From NCBI RefSeq assembly GCF_009914755.1, contig NC_060948.1: a stretch of DNA of 64,000 nucleotides; one strand, written 5' to 3'. The position numbers and the translations under genes were made by a program. Numbering within the stretch: position 1 is the first letter of the stretch; each line of letters begins with the position of its first letter. The DNA is from the human T2T-CHM13v2.0 reference genome, Homo sapiens. Below the pieces are notes generated by a model. It did no database searches, had not been told where the DNA came from, and was given only the letters and a program-made list of their open reading frames with translations. Below are positions 29,901-44,900 of the stretch, in pieces.

Positions 29901-32900
29901 GACTGGAATCAAACGGAATGGAATGCAATGCAATCAAATGGCATGGAATAAAATAGAATGAAAGAGAATCAAATGGAATTGAATCGAATGGAATCGAATG
30001 GATTGGAAAGGAATAGAATGGAATGGAATGGAATTGACTCAAATGGAATGGACTAGAATGGAATGGATTCGAATGGAAGGCAAAGGAATGGAATCTATTG
30101 GAATGGACTGTAATGGAATGGAATGGAAGGGATTGGAATGGACTCGAATGGAATGGACTGCAATAGAAAGGATTCGAATGGAATGAAAAAGAATTGAATG
30201 GAATAGAACAGAATGGAATCAAATCGAATGAAATGGAATGGAATAGAAAGGAATGGAATGAAATGGAATGGAAAGGATTCGAATGGAATGCAATCGAATG
30301 GAATGGAATCGAACGGAATGGAATAAAATGGAAGAAAACTGGCAAGAAATGGAATCGAAATGAATGGAGTGTTATGGAACGGACTCAAAAGGAATTGAAT
30401 GTAATAGAATGGAGTGGAGTGGACTCGAATATAATGGACTGGAATGGAATGAAATCACATGGAATGGGAACGAATGGAATGGAATGGAAAGGAATGGAAT
30501 CGAATGGAAAGGAATCGAATGGAAGGGAATGAAATTGAATCAACAGGAATGGAAGGGAATAGAATAGACGGTAATGGAATGGACTCGAATAGAATGGACA
30601 CGAATGCTCAAATTGAATGGACTCGAATGGAATGGAAACGAAAGGAATGTCATCGAATGGAATTGAATCGATTGGAATGAAATCGCATAGAATGGAGTGG
30701 AATCAAATGGAATTGAATCGAAAGGAAAGGAAGCGAATGGACTGAAATGAAATGGAATGGAATTGAATGGAAAGTTATGTAATAGAATAGAATGGAACGA
30801 AATTTCGCGGAATGGAATCAAACTGAATGGAATCAAATCAATGGAATCTAATCAAATGGAATGGAAAGGAATTGAATGGAGTAGATTGGATTGGATGGGA
30901 TTGGAATGAAATGCACTGGAAAGGACTCGAATTTCATGAAACGGAATGCAATGAATTGGAACGGAACGGACTCGAATGGAATGGAATGTCATGGAATGGC
31001 ATCAAATGGAATGGCATCAAATGGAATGGAATCGAATGCAATGGAATGCTATGGAATGGAATGGAATGCATTGGAATGGAATGTCCTCTAATGGAATGGA
31101 TTCGAGTGGAATGGAATCGAATATAATGGAGTCGAATGAAATGGAATTGAAAGGAATGGGATCGAATACAATGGAATATACTGGAATGTAATGTAATGAA
31201 CTCGAATGTAATTGACTGGAATGGAATGTACATGAATGGAATGTAATCGAATGGAAAGTAATCCAATGGAATAGAATCTAATGCAATAAAATCGACTCAG
31301 ATAGAGTAGAATGTAATGGAATGGAGTGCAGTGCCATGGAATGGAATGGAATGGAATGCAATGGAATGGAATGGAATGGAATGGAATGGAATGGAATGGG
31401 ATGGAATGGTGTGGAATGGATAGTAATCGACAGGAGTGAAATGGACTGGAAAGGAATGGACTCAAATTGAAAGGGCTCGAAAGGAATGGAGTCAAATGGA
31501 ATGGTCTGGAATGGAATGAACACGAATGTAATGCAATCCAATAGAATGGAATCGAATGGCATGGAATATAAAGAAATGGAATCGAAGAGAATGGAAACAA
31601 ATGGAATGGAATTGAATGGAATGGAATTGAATGGAATGGGAACGAATGGAGTGAAATTGTATGCAGTAGAAGAGAATAGAATGGAATGCAAGCGAAAGGA
31701 AAGGAATGGATTGGAATGGAATGGAATTCATTGGAATGGAAGGGAATGTAGTGTAATGGACAGGCCTGGAATAAAGTGGAATGCTACGGTCTCGAATGGA
31801 ATAAAAATGTATGGAATGGAATGCAATGAAACGGAATCGAATGTCATAGAATGTAATGGAATGCAAAAAAATGGAATCCAAAATCATTGACTGGAAAGGC
31901 TGGGTGTCGAAAGGAATTGACTCCAATGGAATGGAATCGAATGGAATGGAAGAGAATAGAATCGAACTAAATCGAATGGAATGGAATTGATAGGAACGGA
32001 ATGGAAAGGAATGCAATGATTTGGCATGGAATGGAATCAAATGGCATCGAATGGAATGGAATGGAATGCAATGGAATGGAATGTATTAGAATGTAATGAA
32101 CTTTAATGGAATGTACTCGAATGGAATCGACTGGAATGGAATGTTCTGGAAGTGAATGGACTCCAATGGAATGGATTCAAAAGGAATGGAATCGTACGGA
32201 ATGGAATCTAATGGAATGGAATTAAATGGAAATGAATCAAACTGAATAGAACGGAATTGAATTGAATGGAATCGAATGCAATGGAATCTAATGAAACGGA
32301 AAGGAAAGGAATGGAATGGAATGGAATGGGCTGGAATGGAAAGGAATCGAAACGAATGGAATGGAATCGAACTGAAGAGACTGGAATGGAATGCACTGGA
32401 ATGGAAGGGAGTGTAATGGAAGGTTCTCGAAAAAAATGGAATCGAATGGAATGGAATTGAATGGAACGGAATAGAGTCGAATGGAATTGAATGGAATGGA
32501 ATGGACTAGAGTGAAATGGAATCGAACCACAAGGAATGGACATGAATAGAATGGTCTCGAATTGAATGGAATCGTATGGAATGGCATCAAACGGAATGGA
32601 ATGGACAGCCACGGAATGGAATGCACTCGAATGCAATGGAGTCGAAACTAATGGACTGGAATAGAATGGACTCGACTGGTACGGACTCCAATGGAATGGA
32701 ATCGAATGGAAGGGAATCGAACGGAATGGACTCGAAGGGAAAAGACTGCAATGGAAAGGTCTCGAATGGAATGGAAATTAATGGAATGGAATGGAATCGA
32801 ATGAAATGGAGTCAAAAGGAATGGAATCGAATGGCAAGAAATCGAATGTAATGGAATCGCAAGGAATTGATGTGAACGGAACGGAATGGAATGGAATCCA

Positions 32901-35900
32901 AAGGAATGGAATAGAATGGAATGGAATCGAATGGAAAGGACTCGAATGGAAATCACTCGAATAGAATGCAATTTAATAAAATAGGATCAAATGTAATGGA
33001 ATGGAATGGAAAGGAATCGAAACGAAAGGAATGGAGACAGATGGAATGGAATGGAACAGAGAGCAATGGTATAGAATGGAATGGAATCATCTGGAATGGA
33101 ATTGAATGGAATGGAATAATATGAAATGGAATGGAATGGAATGGAATGGAATGCCCTTGAATTAAATGGACTGGAATGGAATGGACTCGAACAGAGTGGA
33201 ATGGAAAGTGTTGAGATAGAATGGAATGGACTCCTTTGGAATGGTGTAGTATGCAATGCAATCGACTGGCAGGGAATCAAAAGGAATGTAATCGAATGGA
33301 TTGGACTGGAATGCAATGGACTCGAATAGATTGGAAACGGAATGCAAAGGAATGGAATGGAATAGTATGGAATGGAATGGAAAGGAATGGAGTGGAATAG
33401 ACTAGAGTGGAATGGAATGGACTGGAAAGCAATGGACTGGAATGGAACTTTCTTGAATGGACTGGAATCAAACGGAATGGAATGCAATGCAATCAAATGG
33501 CATGGAATAAAATAGAATGAAAGAGAATCAAATGGAATTGAATCGAATGGAATCGAATGGATTGGAAAGGAATAGAATGGAATGGAATGGAATTGACTCA
33601 AATGGAATGGACTAGAATGGAATGGATTCGAATGGAAGGCAAAGGAATGGAATCTATTGGAATGGACTGTAATGGAATGGAATGGAAGGGATTGGAATGG
33701 ACTCGAATGGAATGGACTGCAATAGAAAGGATTCGAATGGAATGAAAAAGAATTGAATGGAATAGAACAGAATGGAATCAAATCGAATGAAATGGAATGG
33801 AATAGAAAGGAATGGAATGAAATGGAATGGAAAGGATTCGAATGGAATGCAATCGAATGGAATGGAATCGAACGGAATGGAATAAAATGGAAGAAAACTG
33901 TCAAGAAATGGAATCGAAATGAATGGAGTGTTATGGAACGGACTCAAAAGGAATTGAATGTAATAGAATGGAGTGGAGTGGACTCGAATATAATGGACTG
34001 GAATGGAATGAAATCACATGGAATGGGAACGAATGGAATGGAATGGAAAGGAATGGAATCGAATGGAAAGGAATCGAATGGAAGGGAATGAAATTGAATC
34101 AACAGGAATGGAAGGGAATAGAATAGACGGTAATGGAATGGACTCGAATAGAATGGACACGAATGCTCAAATTGAATGGACTCAAATGGAATGGAAACGA
34201 AAGGAATGTCATCGAATGGAATTGAATCGATTGGAATGAAATCGCATAGAATGGAGTGGAATCAAATGGAATTGAATCGAAAGGAAAGGAAGCGAATGGA
34301 CTGAAATGAAATGGAATGGAATTGAATGGAAAGTTATGTAATGGAATAGAATGGAAGGAAATTTCACGGAAAGCAATCAAACTGAATGGAATCAAATCAA
34401 TGGAATCAAATCAAATGGAATGGAAAGGAATTGAATGGAGTAGATTGGATTGGATGGGATTGGAATGAAATGTACTGGAAAGGACTCGAATTTCATGAAA
34501 CGGAATGGAATGAATTGGAACGGAACGGACTCGAATGGAATGGAATGTCATGGAATGGCATCAAATGGAATGGCATCAAATGGAATGGAATCGAATGCAA
34601 TGGAGTGCTATGGAATGGAATGGAATGCATTGGAATGGAATGTCCTCTAATGGAATGGATTCGAGTGGAATGGAATCGAATATAATGGAGTCGAATGAAA
34701 TGGAATTGAAAGGAATGGGATCGAATACAATGGAATATAGTGGAATGTAATATAATGAACTCAAATGTAATTGACTGGAATGGAATGTACATGAATGGAA
34801 TGTAATCGAATGGAAAGTAATCCAATGGAATAGAATCTAATGCAATAAAATCGACTCAGATAGAGTAGAATGTAATGGAATGGAGTGCAGTGCAATGGAA
34901 TGGAATGGAATGGAATGCAATGGAATGGAATGGAATGGAATGGAATGGGATAGAATGGTGTGGAATGGATAGTAATGGACTGGAATGAAATGGACTGGAA
35001 AGGAATGGACTCAAATTGAAAGGGCTCGAAAGGAATGGAGTCAAATGGAATGGTTTGGAATGGAATGAACACGAATGTAATGCAATCCAATAGAATGGAA
35101 TCGAATGGCATGGAATATAAAGAAATGGAATCGAAGAGAATGGAAACAAATGGAATGGAATTGAATGGAATGGAATTGAATGGAATGGGAACGAATGGAG
35201 TGAAATTGTATGCAGTAGAAGAGAATAGAATGGAATGCAAGCGAAAGGAAAGGAATGGATTGGAATGGAATGGAATTCATTGGAATGGAAGGGAATGTAG
35301 TGTAATGGACAGGCCTGGAATAAAGTGGAATGCTACGGTCTCGAATGGAATAAAAATGTATGGAATGGAATGCAATGAAACGGAATCGAATGTCATAGAA
35401 TGTAATGGAATGCAAAAAAATGGAATCCAAAATCATTGACTGGAAAGGCTGGGTGTCGAAAGGAATTGACTCCAATGGACTGGAATCGAATGGAATGGAA
35501 GTGAATAGAATCGAACTAAATCGAATGGAATAGAATTGATAGGAACGGAATGGAAAGGAATGCAATGATTTGGCATGGAATGGAATCGAATGGCATCGAA
35601 TGGAATGGAATGGAATGCAATGGAATGGAATGTATTAGAATGTAATGAACTTTAATGGTATGTACTCGAATGGATTCGACTGGAATGGAATGTTCTGGAA
35701 GTGAATGGACTCCAATGGAATGGATTCAAAAGGAATGGAATCGTACGGAATGGAATCTAATGGAATGGAATTAAATGGAAATGAATCAAATTGAATAGCA
35801 CGGAATTGAATTGAATGGAATCGAATGCAATGGAATCTAATGAAACGGAAAGGAAAGGAATGGAATGGAATGGAATGGGCTGGAATGGAAAGGAATCGAA

Positions 35901-38900
35901 ACGAATGGAATGGAATCGAACTGAAGAGACTGGAATGGAATGCACTGGAATGGAAGGGAGTGTAATGGAAGGTTCTCGAAAAAAATGGAATCGAATGGAA
36001 TGGAATTGAATGGAACGGAATAGAGTCGAATGGAATTGAATGGAATGGAATGGACTAGAGTGAAATGGAATCGAACCACAAGGAATGGACAGGAATAGAA
36101 TGGTCTCGAATTGAATGGAATCGTATGGAATGGCATCAAACGGAATGGAATGGACAGCCACGGAATCGAATGCACTCGAATGCAATGGAGTCGAAACTAA
36201 TGGACTGGAATAGAATGGACTCGACTGGTACGGACTCCAATGGAATGGAATCGAATGGAAGGGAATCGAACGGAATGGACTCGAAGGGAAAAGACTGCAA
36301 TGGAAAGGTCTCGAATGGAATGGAAATTAATGGAATGGAATGGAATCGAATGAAATGGAGTCAAAAGGAATGGAATCGAATGGCAAGAAATCGAATGTAA
36401 TGGAATCACAAGGAATTGATGTGAACGGAACGGAATGGAATGGAATCCAAAGGAATGGAATAGAATGGAATGGAATTGAATGGAAAGGACTCGAAGGGAA
36501 ATCACTCGAATAGAATGCAATTTAATAAAATAGGATCAAATGTAATGGAATGGAATGGAAAGGAATCGAAATGAAAGGAATGGAGACAGATGGAATGGAA
36601 TGGAACAGAGAGCAATGGTATAGAATGGAATGGAATCATCTGGAATGGAATTGAATGGAATGGAATAACATGAAATGGACTGGAATGGAATGGAATGCCC
36701 TTGAATTAAATGGACTGGAATGGAATGGACTCGAACAGAGTGGAATGGAAAGTGTTGAAATAGAATGGAATGGACTCGTTTGGAATGGTCTAGTATGCAA
36801 TGCAATCGACTGGCAGGGAACCAAAAGGAATGTAATGGAATGGATTGGACTGGAATGCAATGGACTCGAATAGATTGGAAACGGAATGCAAAGGAATGGA
36901 ATGGAATAGTATGGAATGGAATGGAAAGGAATGGAGTGGAATAGACAAGAGTGGAATGGAATGGACTGGAAAGCAATGGACTGGAATGGAACTTTCTTGA
37001 ATGGACTGGAATCAAACGGAATGGAATGCAACGCAATCAAATGGCATGGAATAAAATAGAATGAAAGAGAATCAAATGGAATTGAATCGAATGGAATCGA
37101 ATGGATTGGAAAGGAATAGAATGGAATGGAATGGAATTGACTCAAATGGAATGGACTAGAATGGAATGGATTCGAATGGAAGGCAAAGGAATGGAATCTA
37201 TTGGAATGGACTGTAATGGAATGGAATGGAAGGGATTGGAATGGACTCGAATGGAATGGACTGCAATAGAAAGGATTCGAATGGAATGAAAAAGAATTGA
37301 ATGGAATAGAACAGAATGGAATCAAATCGAATGAAATGGAATGGAATAGAAAGGAATGGAATGAAATGGAATGGAAAGGATTCGAATGGAATGCAATCGA
37401 ATGGAATGGAATCGAACGGAATGGAATAAAATGGAAGAAAACTGTCAAGAAATGGAATCGAAATGAATGGAGTGTTATGGAACGGACTCAAAAGGAATTG
37501 AATGTAATAGAATGGAGTGGAGTGGACTCGAATATAATGGACTGGAATGGAATGAAATCACATGGAATGGGAACGAATGGAATGGAATGGAAAGGAATGG
37601 AATCGAATGGAAAGGAATCGAATGGAAGGGAATGAAATTGAATCAACAGGAATGGAAGGGAATAGAATAGACGGTAATGGAATGGACTCGAATAGAATGG
37701 ACACGAATGCTCAAATTGAATGGACTCGAATGGAATGGAAACGAAAGGAATGTCATCGAATGGAATTGAATCGATTGGAATGAAATTGCATAGAATGGAG
37801 TGGAATCAAATGGAATTGAATCGAAAGGAAAGGAAGCGAATGGACTGAAATGAAATGGAATGGAATTGAATGGAAAGTTATGTAATAGAATAGAATGGAA
37901 CGAAATTTCACGGAATGGAATCAAACTGAATGGAATCAAATCAATGGAATCAAATCAAATGGAATGGAAAGGAATTGAATGGAGTAGATTGGATTGGATG
38001 GGATTGGAATGAAATGTACTGGAAAGGACTCGAATTTCATGAAACGGAATGCAATGAATTGGAACGGAACGGACTCGAATGGAATGGAATGTCATGGAAT
38101 GGCATCAAATGGAATGGCATCAAATGGAATGGAATCGAATGCAATGGAATGCTATGGAATGGAATGGAATGCATTGGAATGGAATGTCCTCTAATGGAAT
38201 GGATTCGAGTGGAATGGAATCGAATATAATGGAGTCGAATGAAATGGAATTGAAAGGAATGGGATCGAATACAATGGAATATACTGGAATGTAATGTAAT
38301 GAACTTGAATGTAATTGACTGGAATGGAATGTACATGAATGGAATGTAATCGAATGGAAAGTAATCCAATGGAATAGAATCTAATGCAATAAAATCGACT
38401 CAGATAGAGTAGAATGTAATGGAATGGAGTGCAGTGCAATGGAATGGAATGGAATGGAATGGAATGGAATGGAATGCAATGGAATGGAATGGAATGGAAT
38501 GGGATGGAATGGTATGGAATGGATAGTAATGGACTGGAGTGAAATGGACTGGAAAGGAATGGACTCAAATTGAAAGGGCTCGAAAGGAATGGAGTCAAAT
38601 GGAATGGTCTGGAATGGAATGAACACGTATGTAATGCAATCCAATAGAATGGAATCGAATGGCATGGAATATAAAGAAATGGAATCGAAGAGAATGGAAA
38701 CAAATGGAATGGAATTGAATGGAATGGAATTGAATGGAATGGGAACGAATGGAGTGAAATTGTATGCAGTAGAAGGGAATAGAATGGAATGCAAGCGAAA
38801 GGAAAGGAATGGATTGGAATGGAATGGAATTCATTGGAATGGAAGGGAATGTAGTGTAATGGACAGGCCTGGAATAAAGTGGAATGCTACGGTCTCGAAT

Positions 38901-41900
38901 GGAATAAAAATGTATGGAATGGAATGCAATGAAACGGAATCAAATGTCATAGAATGTAATGGAATGCAAAAAAATGGAATCCAAAATCATTGACTGGAAA
39001 GGCTGGGTGTCGAAAGGAATTGACTCCAATGGAATGGAATCGAATGGAATGGAAGTGAATAGAATCGAACTAAATCGAATGGAATGGAATTGATAGGAAC
39101 GGAATGGAAAGGAATGCAATGATTTGGCATGGAATGCAATCGAATGGCATCGAATGGAATGGAATGGAATGCAATGGAATGGAATGTATTAGAATGTAAT
39201 GAACTTTAATGGAATGTACTCGAATGGATTCGACTGGAATGGAATGTTCTGGAAGTGAATGGACTCCAATGGAATGGATTCAAAAGGAATGGAATCGTAC
39301 GGAATGGAATCTAATGGAATGGAATTAAATGGAAATGAATCAAATTGAATAGCACGGAATTGAATTGAATGGAATCGAATGCAATGGAATCTAATGAAAC
39401 GGAAAGGAAAGGAATGGAATGGAATGGAATGGGCTGGAATGGAAAGGAATCGAAACGAATGGAATGGAATCGAACTGAAGAGACTGGAATGGAATGCACT
39501 GGAATGGAAGGGAGTGTAATGGAAGGTTCTCGAAAAAAATGGAATGGAATGGAATGGAATTGAATGGAACGGAATAGAGTCGAATGGAATTGAATGGAAT
39601 GGAATGGACTAGAGTGAAATGGAATCGAACCACAAGGAATGGACAGGAATAGAATGGTCTCGAATTGAATGGAATCGTATGGAATGGCATCAAACGGAAT
39701 GGAATGGACAGCCACGGAATGGAATGCACTCGAATGCAATGGAGTCGAAACTAATGGACTGGAATAGAATGGACTCGACTGGTACGGACTCCAATGGAAT
39801 GGAATCGAATGGAAGGGAATCGAACGGAATGGACTCGAAGGGAAAAGACTGCAATGGAAAGGTCTCGAATGGAATGGAAATTAATGGGATGGAATGGAAT
39901 CGAATGAAACGGAGTCAAAAGGAATGGAATCGAATGGCAAGAAATCGAATGTAATGGAATCGCAAGGAATTGATGTGAACGGAATGGAATGGAATGGAAT
40001 CAAAAGGAATGGAATAGAATGGAATGGAATCGAATGGAAAGGACTCGAATGGAAATCACTCGAATAGAATGCAATTTAATAAAATAGGATCAAATGTAAT
40101 AGAATGGAATGGAAAGGAATCGAAACGAAAGGAATGGAGACAGATGGAATGGAATGGAACAGAGAGCAATGGTATAGAATGGAATGGAATCATCTGGAAT
40201 GGAATTGAATGGAATGGAATAATATGAAATGGAATGGAATGGAATGGAATGCCCTTGAATTAAATGGACTGGAATGGAATGGACTCAAACAGAGTGGAAT
40301 GGAAAGTGTTGAGATAGAATGGAATGGACTCCTTTGGAATGGTCTAGTATGCAATGCAATCGACTGGCAGGGAATCAAAAGGAATGTAATCGAATGGATT
40401 AGACTGGAATGCAATGGACTCGAATAGATTGGAAACGGAATGCAAAGGAATGGAATGGAGTAGTATGGAATGGAATGGAAAGGAATGGAGTGGAATAGAC
40501 TAGAGTGGAATGGAATGGACTGGAAAGCAATGGACTGGAATGGAACTTTCTTGAATGGACTGGAATCAAACGGAATGGAATGCAATGCAATCAAATGGCA
40601 TGGAATAAAATAGAATGAAAGAGAATCAAATGGAATTGAATCGAATGGAATCGAATGGATTGGAAAGGAATAGAATGGAATGCAATGGAATTGACTCAAA
40701 TGGAATGGACTAGAATGGAATGGATTCGAATGGAAGGCAAAGGAATGGAATCTATTGGAATGGACTGTAATGGAATGGAATGGAAGGGATTGGAATGGAC
40801 TCAAATGGAATGGACTGCAATAGAAAGCATTCGAATGGAATGAAAAAGAATTGAATGGAATAGAACAGAATGGAATCAAATCGAATGAAGTGGAATGGAA
40901 TAGAAAGGAATGGAATGAAATGGAATGGAAAGGATTCGAATGGAATGCAATCGAATGGAATGGAATCGAACGGAATGGAATAAAATGGAAGAAAACTGGC
41001 AAGAAATGGAATCGAAATGAATGGAGTGTTATGGAACGGACTCAAAAGGAATTGAATGTAATAGAATGGAGTGGAGTGGACTCGAATATAATGGACTGGA
41101 ATGGAATGAAATCACATGGAATGGGAACGAATGGAATGGAATGGAAAGGAATGGAATCGAATGGAAAGGAATCGAATGGAAGGGAATGAAATTGAATCAA
41201 CAGGAATGGAAGGGAATAGAATAGACGGTAATGGAATGGACTCGAATAGAATGGACACGAATGCTCAAATTGAATGGACTCGAATGGAATGGAAACGAAA
41301 GGAATGTCATCGAATGGAATTGAATCGATTGGAATGAAATCGCATAGAATGGAGTGGAATCAAATGGAATTGAATCGAAAGGAAAGGAAGCGAATGGACT
41401 GAAATGAAAGGGAATGGAATTGAATGGAAAGTTATGTAATGGAATAGAATGGAACGAAATTTCACGGAATGCAATCAAACTGAATGGAATCAAATCAATG
41501 GAATCAAATCAAATGGAATGGAAAGGAATTGAATGGAGTAGATTGGATTGGATGGGATTGGAATGAAATGTACTGGAAAGGACTCGAATTTCATGAAACG
41601 GAATGGAATGAATTAGAACGGAACGGACTCGAATGGAATGGAATGTCATGGAATGGCATCAAATGGAATGGCATCAAATGGAATGGAATCGAATGCAATG
41701 GAGTGCTATGGAATGGAATGGAATGCATTGGAATGGAATGTCCTCTAATGGAATGGATTCGAGTGGAATGGAATCGAATATAATGGAGTCGAATGAAATG
41801 GAATTGAAAGGAATGGGATCGAATACAATGGAATATACTGGAATGTAATGTAATGAACTCGAATGTAATTGACTGGAATGGAATGTACATGAATGGAATG

Positions 41901-44900
41901 TAATTGAATGGAAAGTAATCCAATGGAATAGAATCTAATGCAATAAAATCGACTCAGATAGAGTAGAATGTAATGGAATGGAGTGCAGTGCAATGGAATG
42001 GAATGGAATGGAATGCAATGGAATGGAATGGAATGGAATGGAATGGAATGGGATGGAATGGTGTTGAATGGATACTAATGGACTGGAGTGAAATGGACTG
42101 GAAAGGAATGGACTCAAATTGAAAGGGCTCGAAAGGAATGGAGTCAAATGGAATGGTCTGGAATGGAATGAACACGAATATAATGCAATCCAATAGAATG
42201 GAATCGAATGGCATGGAATATAAAGAAATGGAATCGAAGAGAATGGAAACAAATGGAATGGAATTGAATGGAATGGAATTGAATGGAATGGGAACGAATG
42301 GAGTGAAATTGTATGCAGTAGAAGAGAATAGAATGGAATGCAAGCGAAAGGAAAGGAATGGATTGCAATGGAATGGAATTCATTGGAATGGAAGGGAATG
42401 TAGTGTAATGGACAGGCCTGGAATAAAGTGGAATGCTACGGTCTCGAATGGAATAAAAATGTATGGAATGGAATGCAATGAAACGGAATCGAATGTCATA
42501 GAATGTAATGGAATGCAAAAAAATGGAATCCAAAATCATTGACTGGAAAGGCTGGGTGTCGAAAGGAATTGACTCCAATGGAATGGAATCGAATGGAATG
42601 GAAGTGAATAGAATCGAACTAAATCGAATGGAATGGAATTGATAGGAACGGAATGGAAAGGAATGCAATGATTTCGCATGGAATGCAATCGAATGGCATC
42701 GAATGGAATGGAATGGAATGCAATGGAATGGAATGTATTAGAATGTAATGAACTTTAATGGAATGTACTCGAATGGATTCGACTGGAATGGAATGTTCTG
42801 GAAGTGAATGGACTCCAATGGAATGGATTCAAAAGGAATGGAATCGTACGGAATGGAATCTAATGGAATGGAATTAAATGGAAATGAATCAAATTGAATA
42901 GCACGGAATTGAATTGAATGGAATCGAATGCAATGGAATCTAATGAAACGGAAAGGAAAGGAATGGAATGGAATGGAATGGGCTGAAATGGAAAGGAATC
43001 GAAACGAATGGAATGGAATCGAATTGAAGAGACAGGAATGGAATGCACTGGAATGGAAGGGAGTGTAATGGAAGGTTCTCGAAAAAAATGGAATGGAATG
43101 GAATGGAATTGAATGGAACGGAATAGAGTCGAATGGAATTGAATGGAATGGAATGGACTAGAGTGAAATGGAATCGAACCACAAGGAATGGACAGGAATA
43201 GAATGGTCTCGAATTGAATGGAATCGTATGGAATGGCATCAAACGGAATGGAATGGACAGCCACGGAATGGAATGCACTCGAATGCAATGGAGTCGAAAC
43301 TAATGGACTGGAATAGAATGGACTCGACTGGTACGGACTCCAATGGAATGGAATCGAATGGAAGGGAATCGAACGGAATGGACTCGAAGGGAAAAGACTG
43401 CAATGGAAAGGTCTCGAATGGAATGGAAATTAATGGAATGGAATGGAATCGAATGAAATGGAGTCAAAAGGAATGGAATCGAATGGCAAGAAATCGAATG
43501 TAATGGAATCGCAAGGAATTGATGTGAACGGAACGGAATGGAATGGAATCCAAAGGAATGGAATAGAATGGAATGGAATCGAATGGAAAGGACTCGAATG
43601 GAAATCACTCGAATAGAATGCAATTTAATAAAATAGGATCAAATGTAATGGAATGGAATGGAAAGGAATCGAAACGAAAGGAATGGAGACAGATGGAATG
43701 GAATGGAACAGAGAGCAATGGTATAGAATGGAATGGAATCATCTGGAATGGAATTGAATGGAATGGAATAACATGAAATGGACTGGAATGGAATGGAATG
43801 CCCTTGAATTAAATGGACTGGAATGGAATGGACTCGAACAGAGTGGAATGGAAAGTGTTGAAATAGAATGGAATGGACTCCTTTGGAATGGTGTAGTATG
43901 CAATGCAATCGACTGGCAGGGAATCAAAAGGAATGTAATCGAATGGATTGGACTGGAATGCAATGGACTCGAATAGATTGGAAACGGAATGCAAAGGAAT
44001 GGAATGGAATAGTATGGAATGGAATGGAAAGGAATGGAGTGGAATAGACTAGAGTGGAATGGAATGGACTCGAAAGCAATGGACTGGAATGGAACTTTCT
44101 TGAATGGACTGGAATCAAACGGAATGGAATGCAATGCAATCAAATGGCATGGAATAAAATAGAATGAAAGAGAATCAAATGGAATTGAATCGAATGGAAT
44201 CGAATGGATTGGAAAGGAATAGAATGGAATGGAATGGAATTGACTCAAATGGAATGGACTAGAATGGAATGGATTCGAATGGAAGGCAAAGGAATGGAAT
44301 CTATTGGAATGGACTGTAATGGAATGGAATGGAAGGGATTGGAAAGGACTCGAATGGAATGGACTGCAATAGAAAGGATTCGAATGGAATGAAAAAGAAT
44401 TGAATGGAATAGAACAGAATGGAATCAAATCGAATGAAATGGAATGGAATAGAAAGGAATGGAATGAAATGGAATGGAAAGGATTCGAATGGAATGCAAT
44501 CGAATGGAATGTAATCGAACGCAATGGAATAAAATGGAAGAAAACTGGCAAGAAATGGAATCGAAATGAATGGAGTGTTATGGAACGGACTCAAAAGGAA
44601 TTGAATGTAATAGAATGGAGTGGAGTGGACTCGAATATAATGGACTGGAATGGAATGAAATCACATGGAATGGGAACGAATGGAATGGAATGGAAAGGAA
44701 TGGAATCGAATGGAAAGGAATCGAATGGAAGGGAATGAAATTGAATCAACAGGAATGGAAGGGAATAGAATAGACGGTAATGGAATGGACTCGAATAGAA
44801 TGGACACGAATGCTCAAATTGAATGGACCCGAATGGAATGGAAACGAAAGGAATGTCATCGAATGGAATTGAATCGATTGGAATGAAATCGCATAGAATG

